Positions 1-6,085 of a stretch of DNA of 9,193 nucleotides are shown here, in pieces. This DNA comes from an uncultured archaeon (GTDB taxonomy: Archaea; Asgardarchaeota; Lokiarchaeia; Sigyniarchaeales; Promethearchaeaceae). The stretch covers positions 1 through 9,193 of the forward strand of contig CAYRPF010000100.1 of assembly GCA_964426185.1 (NCBI GenBank), in the 5' to 3' direction. Below the pieces are notes generated by a model. That model had not been told where the DNA came from, did no database searches, and saw nothing but the letters and a program-made list of their open reading frames with translations. Every line of letters begins with the position of its first letter. Position 1 is the first letter of the stretch. The translations under genes were made by a program, and so were the position numbers.

Positions 1-1
1 T

Positions 2-1030
2 CCGCTGCACAATAAGATCACTAAACCTCAAATTTGTAATGGAATTACAAATGCAATTTTTTTAACCAGTCGAATGTTCCTAAATTCAGGAGAGTGTGTG
101 GTGTGTCCAAATAAACGATGGGGCAACTATGATGCAGTTCTTCGCTATCAGAACGGATTAGATTTAAAACTTTTTACCTTCTTTAAAGACCAACAATTTA
201 ATTTGGAGGGTATGATGGAAGCAATGGAATCATGTGCCCAAAACCAAGAAAAAATTGTGGTAATCTTAAATTTTCCCAACAATCCCACAGGATATTGTCC
301 TACCACTTTAGAAGCCCGACATATTATAGATTCATTAGTGGATTTTTGCGAACGTATCCAAAAACCCGTAGTTGTACTTTGCGATGATGCCTATGAGGGT
401 TTTATCTTCAAAAACAATGTAATTACCAATTCAATATTTTACATGCTGGTAGATCGACATCCTTTGCTGATTCCCTTAAAATTAGATGGAACTTCTAAAG
501 AAATGTTGATGTATGGAGGTCGAATTGCTTGTGTTACCTTGGGAATCCATTCATCATGGGTTAAACCAGAAGAATTACCTGCTTTTCGCGCCGAATGGGA
601 AAATAAATTACAAGGAATGATTCGCTCCACTATTTCTAACTCGAATCATTTCATTCAGGAAATTTTAGTGGAATATTTAAAAGATGGATTTATAAAACTT
701 TTAGAAGATCAGTATAAAATCCACAGTCTTCTTCAAAGAAGATATGAAGAGACAATAAGAGCCTTTAATACCTATAAACATCCCAATATTAACATGGATC
801 CTGGTTCGGGGGGATTTTTTGTCTTCTTAAACTTAAAAGGTATTTCAGCGACAACATTTGCAGATCATTTAGTGTTAAAATATAAAGTAGGTGTTTTTCC
901 CAACGAAAATGTGGAAGAAAATATCAATGGAATTCGATTTGCCTTTTGTTCTGTGCCTAAAGAAGAAATTGAAGAATGTTTCAAGCGAATATTTCAAACC
1001 ATGAATGATTTCATTCCAATTTCAACTTAA
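2..1030 (+). CDS. PLP-dependent aminotransferase class I/II (fold type I, aspartate aminotransferase-like), 5'-truncated by the window edge
   Basis: The frame is open from position 2 (PLHNKITKPQICNGITNAIFLTSR) into the listed ORF at 74, so the ATG at 74 is internal. Motifs: ILNFPNNPTG, LCDDAY (PLP-binding Asp), KLDGTSKE (Schiff-base Lys) followed by GGRIA, GGFFVF, and C-terminal GIRFAF (substrate-carboxylate Arg). Confidence 0.93.
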   Translation, partial: PLHNKITKPQICNGITNAIFLTSRMFLNSGECVVCPNKRWGNYDAVLRYQNGLDLKLFTFFKDQQFNLEGMMEAMESCAQNQEKIVVILNFPNNPTGYCPTTLEARHIIDSLVDFCERIQKPVVVLCDDAYEGFIFKNNVITNSIFYMLVDRHPLLIPLKLDGTSKEMLMYGGRIACVTLGIHSSWVKPEELPAFRAEWENKLQGMIRSTISNSNHFIQEILVEYLKDGFIKLLEDQYKIHSLLQRRYEETIRAFNTYKHPNINMDPGSGGFFVFLNLKGISATTFADHLVLKYKVGVFPNENVEENINGIRFAFCSVPKEEIEECFKRIFQTMNDFIPIST

Positions 1031-1036
1031 ACAAGA

Positions 1037-1080
1037 AATTTTCTTTTTCATTCTCATTCTTGTTTTCTTTCCTCATTTCT
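1037..1080 (+). terminator. Pyrimidine/oligo-T-rich tract, candidate archaeal intrinsic terminator for the aminotransferase
   Basis: T-rich run (tttttctttttcattctcattcttgttttctttcc) just after the TAA at 1030, in a convergent intergenic gap. Confidence 0.4.
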
Positions 1081-1103
1081 CAAAAATATATTGATGAATA
1101 TCT

Positions 1104-1796
1104 TTAATGTCGTTTAAATTTGGCGGTGTTATTCACAGCCTTGTATAATTCAAGCCATTTTTTCCAATATTTTTCTTCGATCGTTTGAATTTTCCCTAAG
1201 TGAGCCGCACCCCAATAAATTTGAGATAATTTTTCAACTAATTTGGCGTTTTTTACGGCTGAAGTCATATCTTTTCCACAAACTACAACGCCATGGTTAG
1301 TTAATAGAACAGCATTTTTATCACCCATAGCTTTTAAAGCAATTTCTCCAATGTCATCAGTTCCAGCCGGTGTGAATTCTGCCACTTCAATTTCACCTCC
1401 CAAGAAAAAGATCATTTCTTCTAATAATACAGGAATTTTTTGTTGAACAGCTCCCAAAATACAAGCATAAACTGAGTGAGTATGAATTACACATTTAGCC
1501 TTTGGTCTTGCTTTGTAAATAGCAGAATGTAGCCTATATTCCGACGAAGCAGGGCGTCCTTCGCTCAATTGAGTGCCATCAAACTGAATGTGCACGATAT
1601 CTTCCAATTTTAAGGTTGCATAATCATTTTGAGTAGGAGTAATAAACATCTCATCTCGCTTTTTTACTCGCATCGATACATTACCTTCTCCAAAATCCAC
1701 TAAATTCGCTTTATATATTTCTTTAGCACCTTGGAGAACAATTTCACGGTATTTTTTTTCCTTTTCTTGAGTGAGCATGTTAATTAATATTTTCAT
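1104..1796 (-). CDS. fucA: Class II aldolase/adducin family protein (L-fuculose-1-phosphate aldolase-like, metal-dependent)
   Basis: GEGNVS phosphate-binding motif, FITPT, PASSEYRLH (catalytic Glu), IHTHS and NHG metal-binding histidines. An alternative start is the ATG at 1778 (MLTQ...). The family is secure; the substrate, and hence the symbol, is tentative. Confidence 0.88.
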   Translation of the reverse strand: MKILINMLTQEKEKKYREIVLQGAKEIYKANLVDFGEGNVSMRVKKRDEMFITPTQNDYATLKLEDIVHIQFDGTQLSEGRPASSEYRLHSAIYKARPKAKCVIHTHSVYACILGAVQQKIPVLLEEMIFFLGGEIEVAEFTPAGTDDIGEIALKAMGDKNAVLLTNHGVVVCGKDMTSAVKNAKLVEKLSQIYWGAAHLGKIQTIEEKYWKKWLELYKAVNNTAKFKRH

Positions 1797-1888
1797 TTCT
1801 GGTTATTAATAATTATCTATGTTTTCTAATGATGGGGATGGAGATGTTTTGTTGTTTTCTTGCAAAAGATTAATAGAATACATTTGTA

Positions 1889-1906
1889 TATCTATTAGAG
1901 TAGATA
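1889..1906. promoter_or_regulatory. Inverted repeat TATCTA-N6-TAGATA, candidate operator in the aldolase/GH57 divergent promoter
   Basis: Perfect 6-bp arms at 1889-1894 and 1901-1906, ending 3 bp before the GH57 ATG. A second TATCTA(T) half-site lies at 1814-1820 near the aldolase start. Confidence 0.35.
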
Positions 1907-1909
1907 ACC

Positions 1910-3115
1910 ATGACAGTATATTTTGCCTTTTTACTTCATATTTACCAACCTCCAGTTCAAATTGCGCCAGTGATCAAACAAATCGTAAAAGAATCTTATC
2001 GTCCTATTCTGGATGCTTTACGAGATCATCCCGAAGCAAAAATTACTTTAAATATCAATGCAACTTTGACTGAACAACTCGATGATTACGGGTATCAAGA
2101 TATTATTGAAGGAATTTCCACCTTAGCTTCACGTGGACAAATTGATTTTACCGGATCGGGCAAATTTCATCCACTACTACCTTTAATCCCCGAACCTGAA
2201 GTTCTTCGGCAGATTGAATTAAACACGCAAACCAACCGTCAATATTTCGGAAACATTTATCAGCCCAGGGGATTTTTCCCACCAGAAATGGCTATTAGTG
2301 AAGAGATTTTTCCCGCAATTAAAAAATCTGGATTTGAATGGGTGATTTCTTCTGGAATCGCTAACACATTACCGGAATTTCCCAGCACTTTCATTTCGGA
2401 ACATGAAAAAATTGGGCTGAAATTGGTCTTTCGCGACGATTTAATCTCCATTGATTGTGCATTCGATAAGATAAACACCGTTGAAACATTTGCCCAACGA
2501 TTGAAGTATAAAAATCAAGATCATGACTACTATGTTATTCTGGCAATGGACGGCGAAACTTTCGGACATCACGTGAAACATGCCATAAAAAATTTCTTAA
2601 TTCCGCTGTTTGATGCACTACCCCATCGTAATGACATCAAATTATGCACTATTTCTGAAATTATTGATCACTTTCCAACAGGTTCAAAACAAATTCCTCG
2701 TGCATCAAGTTGGAGTACAATGCCGTATGATATCGAGCGAAAGGTTCCATTTCCACTATGGTTTGATCCAAATAATAAATTACATCAAGAACAACACCGA
2801 TTTATTATGTATGCCCTTACCACAGTGCATTTAGCTCAAAAATACCGAGAAAGAATGAGCAATGAACAAAAACAGTTATTGGATAATGCCCGAAATTTTC
2901 TCGATCGGGGGATTCATTCTTGTCAACAATGGTGGGCATCTAAACGCCCATGGTACTCACCCGATATGATTATTCGAGGATTAAGTGAAGTTTTATTGGC
3001 CAGTGTGAATGCTAAGCGCAGCATTCCACCTGAAGCAGATGATATCCAAGAAGCCATGAATTTAATCTTAGATGATATGCTTAAGGCACAAAATCTTATA
3101 ATTAAAACCCTGTAA
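1910..3115 (+). CDS. Glycoside hydrolase family 57 protein (alpha-glucan-active; amylase/amylopullulanase-like)
   Basis: GH57 conserved regions: LHIYQP, FHPLLPLI, FFPPEMA (nucleophile Glu), LAMDGETFGHH (acid/base Asp) and ASSWS. No evident signal peptide, so probably cytoplasmic. Confidence 0.92.
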   Translation: MTVYFAFLLHIYQPPVQIAPVIKQIVKESYRPILDALRDHPEAKITLNINATLTEQLDDYGYQDIIEGISTLASRGQIDFTGSGKFHPLLPLIPEPEVLRQIELNTQTNRQYFGNIYQPRGFFPPEMAISEEIFPAIKKSGFEWVISSGIANTLPEFPSTFISEHEKIGLKLVFRDDLISIDCAFDKINTVETFAQRLKYKNQDHDYYVILAMDGETFGHHVKHAIKNFLIPLFDALPHRNDIKLCTISEIIDHFPTGSKQIPRASSWSTMPYDIERKVPFPLWFDPNNKLHQEQHRFIMYALTTVHLAQKYRERMSNEQKQLLDNARNFLDRGIHSCQQWWASKRPWYSPDMIIRGLSEVLLASVNAKRSIPPEADDIQEAMNLILDDMLKAQNLIIKTL

Positions 3116-3246
3116 TACTAGAAATATTCATCAATTCAGAGATTTATATTACTTAAAACATAACAAGAAAAATCATAAATATCAGTGCTTCAATATTAGG
3201 AATAAGTATTGTATTATATGATAAAAAATTCAAGTTTGGAATTAAA

Positions 3247-4170
3247 ATGGCAGATAATGCAGGCTTTGGGAACAATAACGATAAAAAAGAAAAATCTAAT
3301 CTTCTCGAGAAGAAAAAAATTATAGATTTCGACAAATTTCGCCAAGATTTTGAGCAATTCGTTGAAAATATCAACCCCCTCAAAATTTTTGAAACAAATC
3401 AAACCAACCAATTAAATAAGGAACCTCTAACAGCGATGCAAACAAGTAATTCCAAGAATAAACTGGATATTTCTAACAGTTCTCAAGATGAAAATTTTAC
3501 AAATGAGTGGTCTCAGTATACACAATCTGTCCAAAAAGAGATGGAAAATGCCCAAGAACAAAAATTCCAGCGACAAAACCAACAATTAGCCAAAAAAATT
3601 AAGAATAAAAACAGATTGAAACGTCGGCAAACTCGATTGCATAATCGTCAAAATCGTGAGCGAGAACGGCTGAAAGCATTTTTTATCCAACAACAAAAGG
3701 AATTCCGTCAAAAATTGGCCGAAATCGAACAAAATCGGAAAGAAAAGCGTCAGAAAATTCAACAAATTACCAAATTGACCCATAAGGAACTGCAACTTCA
3801 AAATCAAACAATAATGCAGGAAAATAGGGAACTGCAACAAAAAATTCGGGAACACAGAAGAACCCTTCGTCTAAAACGAAGAGCAGCCCGACAAGCCCGA
3901 CAACAAATGAGTACACAAATGCGAAAAGAATATTTAACAGAAACACAACAAATCCGACAACAGAGCTGGAACAGATTCCTCCGTCAGCAGCGAAGACGAA
4001 CTGAACGATTTTTAAAATATTCCAATCGATTGTGGTGGCGGGGTTATTTGAGTTTACTCGCTTGGATTGTGGGAATTTTCTTGATTCTCATGGGAATCTT
4101 TTATATCTTTAAATTTTTAGGAATTGATTTGATCGGTTTGGTGCTACAAAACACTACAAATGCTGGTTAA
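3247..4170 (+). CDS. Hypothetical tail-anchored coiled-coil/charged-helix membrane protein (paralog A)
   Basis: 307 aa. N-terminal amphipathic segment (FDKFRQDFEQFVENI), polar linker, proline-free Q/R/K/E-rich helical region from about aa 85 to 262, then NRLWWR and one hydrophobic span at about aa 267-288. No signal peptide. Confidence 0.85.
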   Translation: MADNAGFGNNNDKKEKSNLLEKKKIIDFDKFRQDFEQFVENINPLKIFETNQTNQLNKEPLTAMQTSNSKNKLDISNSSQDENFTNEWSQYTQSVQKEMENAQEQKFQRQNQQLAKKIKNKNRLKRRQTRLHNRQNRERERLKAFFIQQQKEFRQKLAEIEQNRKEKRQKIQQITKLTHKELQLQNQTIMQENRELQQKIREHRRTLRLKRRAARQARQQMSTQMRKEYLTETQQIRQQSWNRFLRQQRRRTERFLKYSNRLWWRGYLSLLAWIVGIFLILMGIFYIFKFLGIDLIGLVLQNTTNAG

Positions 4171-4186
4171 TTATAGTTAATTATAG
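4166..4186. repeat. 10-bp tandem direct repeat (GTTAATTATA x2) spanning the stop of paralog A and the intergenic spacer
   Basis: gttaattata at 4166-4175 and 4176-4185, plus g at 4186. Confidence 0.75.
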
Positions 4187-4192
4187 AAAGAG

Positions 4193-4900
4193 ATGGAAAA
4201 AATGACTCGCTCACGTAAAGGATTATTCAATCAGCCTATAAGGGATCTTATAAGAAATCTAGAGAAAATTGGAGATGAATTAAACAACTTTTTTTCTCCA
4301 AAATCCAATCCGAATGATAATGAATTAAAATCTGAGCAATCAGAACTTGATTTATCAGAAATTACACCTGAAGAAAAAGAAGAGTTAGAAAAAGAATTGC
4401 CATTGCCAATGAAAATTGCACGCGGTTGGCAAGATTTTGTTCTAAACACCCAAAAAACTTTAGAGCAATTTGAATCCGAGATGCAACAGAATCATTTACG
4501 ACGATTGGAAAGGATGAGAAAACGACAGAAAAACGCACGACAACGACGATTAGAGCGAATAAAAAAAAGAGAAGAGCGCTTAGAAAAGAAATTCAAACAA
4601 GAAATGGAAGAGTTTGAAGCTGCCAATCAACGATTGAATGAAGAATTTTTGGCGATGCAAAATGATTTGTATCAAAAAAAATCCGCCCAGCGTGATAAAT
4701 TTCATTCAAATTTAGCAGCCACTCAAAACAAATGGGAAAGAGTAAGTAGGAAAAGACAACGCAATATTGAAGGAATTTTGAAGGGAATCAATCGCTGGGG
4801 CTGGCGACAACAGCTTCGTATCGTTCTAATTCTTATTCCTTTGATTGTGGTACTTGTACTGGTTATAATCTTGATTCGTCCTTTTCTAACTGTTATATAA
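4193..4900 (+). CDS. Hypothetical tail-anchored coiled-coil/charged-helix membrane protein (paralog B)
   Basis: 235 aa, 22 bp downstream of paralog A. Same layout: amphipathic N-terminal segment (IRDLIRNLEKIGDELNNFF), acidic linker, long R/E/K/Q helix, NRWGWR and a very hydrophobic C-terminal span at about aa 210-228. Confidence 0.85.
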   Translation: MEKMTRSRKGLFNQPIRDLIRNLEKIGDELNNFFSPKSNPNDNELKSEQSELDLSEITPEEKEELEKELPLPMKIARGWQDFVLNTQKTLEQFESEMQQNHLRRLERMRKRQKNARQRRLERIKKREERLEKKFKQEMEEFEAANQRLNEEFLAMQNDLYQKKSAQRDKFHSNLAATQNKWERVSRKRQRNIEGILKGINRWGWRQQLRIVLILIPLIVVLVLVIILIRPFLTVI

Positions 4901-4947
4901 TTTGAAAAAACATGCAAAATCTTCAAAAAAAGAAATAAAATAAAAAA
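4901..4947 (-). terminator. Oligo-T tracts on the minus strand, candidate terminator for profilin
   Basis: A-runs on the + strand (caaaaaaagaaataaaataaaaaa) read as U-runs directly 3' of the profilin stop. Confidence 0.4.
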
Positions 4948-5331
4948 TTATTCGCATAAACGACGGACAAAACTTTGGACATTAAAAAGAGCATCACGTG
5001 GCCCTTTATTTGGATCAATAAAAGCCACCAACGCCCATCCTTCATGCATTGCAATAATTATATGGCCCTTTCGGGATACATTTGTCGCAATTATGCGTTC
5101 AGGGGTGAACTCTACGATCATATAAGTGATCTTCATTATCTGAATACGTCCAGGATTTTTACCATCAGTTTTTTGCGCTTCTTCTATGGCATCTATAATT
5201 TCATCAATTTCCTGCTGTAAATCCCAATTTTCGGTTTGAAACACTAATTCTTTTTTTGGATTTATCACCGCCCCGCCAAATACAGCAGGTTCAGTATCCA
5301 ATAATTCAAAAATCAATTTTTCATAATCCAT
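4948..5331 (-). CDS. Asgard (Loki-type) profilin, actin-monomer-binding eukaryotic signature protein
   Basis: 127 aa. Contains motifs I recognise from Lokiarchaeal profilins: FQTENWD, YMIVEFTPERIIATNVSRKGHIII and AFIDPNKGPRDALFNVQ. The helix/strand pattern fits the profilin alpha/beta/alpha fold. Confidence 0.9.
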   Translation of the reverse strand: MDYEKLIFELLDTEPAVFGGAVINPKKELVFQTENWDLQQEIDEIIDAIEEAQKTDGKNPGRIQIMKITYMIVEFTPERIIATNVSRKGHIIIAMHEGWALVAFIDPNKGPRDALFNVQSFVRRLCE

Positions 5332-5349
5332 ATGATCTTTTTAGCTTCA

Positions 5350-5366
5350 TCACCTTAAGAAGGTGA
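5350..5366. promoter_or_regulatory. Perfect inverted repeat TCACCTT-aag-AAGGTGA upstream of profilin (operator or leader hairpin)
   Basis: 7-bp arms at 5350-5356 and 5360-5366, 18 nt upstream of the profilin ATG. Confidence 0.45.
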
Positions 5367-5440
5367 GGGTTAATTTTGCACTCCTTCTCAGAAACTTAAT
5401 GGAGATAGCATATAGAAGAAAAATGAAAAGAAGACATTCA

Positions 5441-5456
5441 CACAAAAATATATATG
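5441..5456 (+). promoter_or_regulatory. Candidate BRE/TATA box for the ABC operon, possibly bidirectional
   Basis: cacaaaaATATATATg, a purine run followed by a TATA-like element about 50 bp upstream of the ATG at 5503. Confidence 0.4.
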
Positions 5457-5489
5457 ATTGTAAATAATAGTTCATTAAGATATTAACAC

Positions 5490-5494
5490 GAGGT
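5490..5494 (+). promoter_or_regulatory. Shine-Dalgarno site (GAGGT) for the ABC permease
   Basis: GAGGT followed by an 8-nt spacer to the ATG at 5503. Confidence 0.6.
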
Positions 5495-5502
5495 ATAGCA
5501 TA

Positions 5503-6072
5503 ATGGGACTACGATTAATCGGAAAATCAATTAAACTGGCAATGCGAAGTCGCCGTCGTTTTATTGTATTTACTTTAATGTACACCGTTTTAATGGCATG
5601 GATGGCTTCAAATTTTGAAACATTCTTCTATAAAGAAGGCGATCCAACAGAAAACGAATGGCTGATGTTAGGGATTTCTATCGTTTCTACACTTATTTTA
5701 TCAATATTATATGCTTGGATTGTTATTAATTATCGCAAGCGGGAAATAGCAACTCTAAAATGTATTGGATATACTAATGCAAATATCCGCACGATTATTA
5801 TTGGGGAATTAATGTGGGTTACTTTTGTGGCATTCGTATTAGTTGCGGAAGTTCTAATCCATATTACCGCTGCAATAACTTATTTCTATTCACAAGCAGC
5901 AAATTTCCCTGGATTAGAAGAATATCACCAGATAACGCGTCCGTTATTAAGTATTTGGCCAATAACAATTACATTAGCTATGTTTATCGTTGCTCAAGTT
6001 CTAGGTATTACTGCAATGTATGCAAAAATACTAAAGCTGAGGCCAATTGTGGCGTTGAGGGTGTTAAAATAA
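5503..6072 (+). CDS. FtsX-like/MacB-type (type VII) ABC permease, minimal form without a large extracytoplasmic domain
   Basis: N-terminal basic amphipathic helix (KLAMRSRRRF), four hydrophobic spans, the coupling motif RKREIATLKCIGYT...IIIGE and the C-terminal KLRPIVALR signature. Confidence 0.88.
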   Translation: MGLRLIGKSIKLAMRSRRRFIVFTLMYTVLMAWMASNFETFFYKEGDPTENEWLMLGISIVSTLILSILYAWIVINYRKREIATLKCIGYTNANIRTIIIGELMWVTFVAFVLVAEVLIHITAAITYFYSQAANFPGLEEYHQITRPLLSIWPITITLAMFIVAQVLGITAMYAKILKLRPIVALRVLK

Positions 6073-6078
6073 AGGAGG
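6073..6078 (+). promoter_or_regulatory. Shine-Dalgarno site (AGGAGG) for the ABC ATPase
   Basis: AGGAGG immediately after the permease stop, with a 7-nt spacer to the ATG at 6086. Supports a bicistronic operon. Confidence 0.7.
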
Positions 6079-6085
6079 AAGAAAA

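Noticed and set aside
74-76. ATG at 74 as the aminotransferase start
   Set aside because: The frame is open to the window edge and the upstream residues look like conserved aminotransferase sequence. The true start lies outside the window.
439-2834. Short ORFs 439-630, 1243-1446, 1819-2073, 2260-2478 and 2610-2834
   Set aside because: They are antisense or alternate-frame shadows of well-supported genes and have no motifs.
3247-4900. Firm call of the pair as canonical SNAREs, ESCRT-III/PspA or Get2/CAML
   Set aside because: No clean SNARE layer register is visible by eye, ESCRT-III/PspA lack a C-terminal TM, and Get2/CAML have three TMs. Kept only as a hypothesis.
3153-4926. Hydrophobic minus-strand ORFs 3153-3383, 3214-3411, 3586-3855, 4231-4449 and 4723-4926
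   Set aside because: Their F/L/S richness is the expected antisense of A-rich K/E/Q/R codons in the + strand genes.
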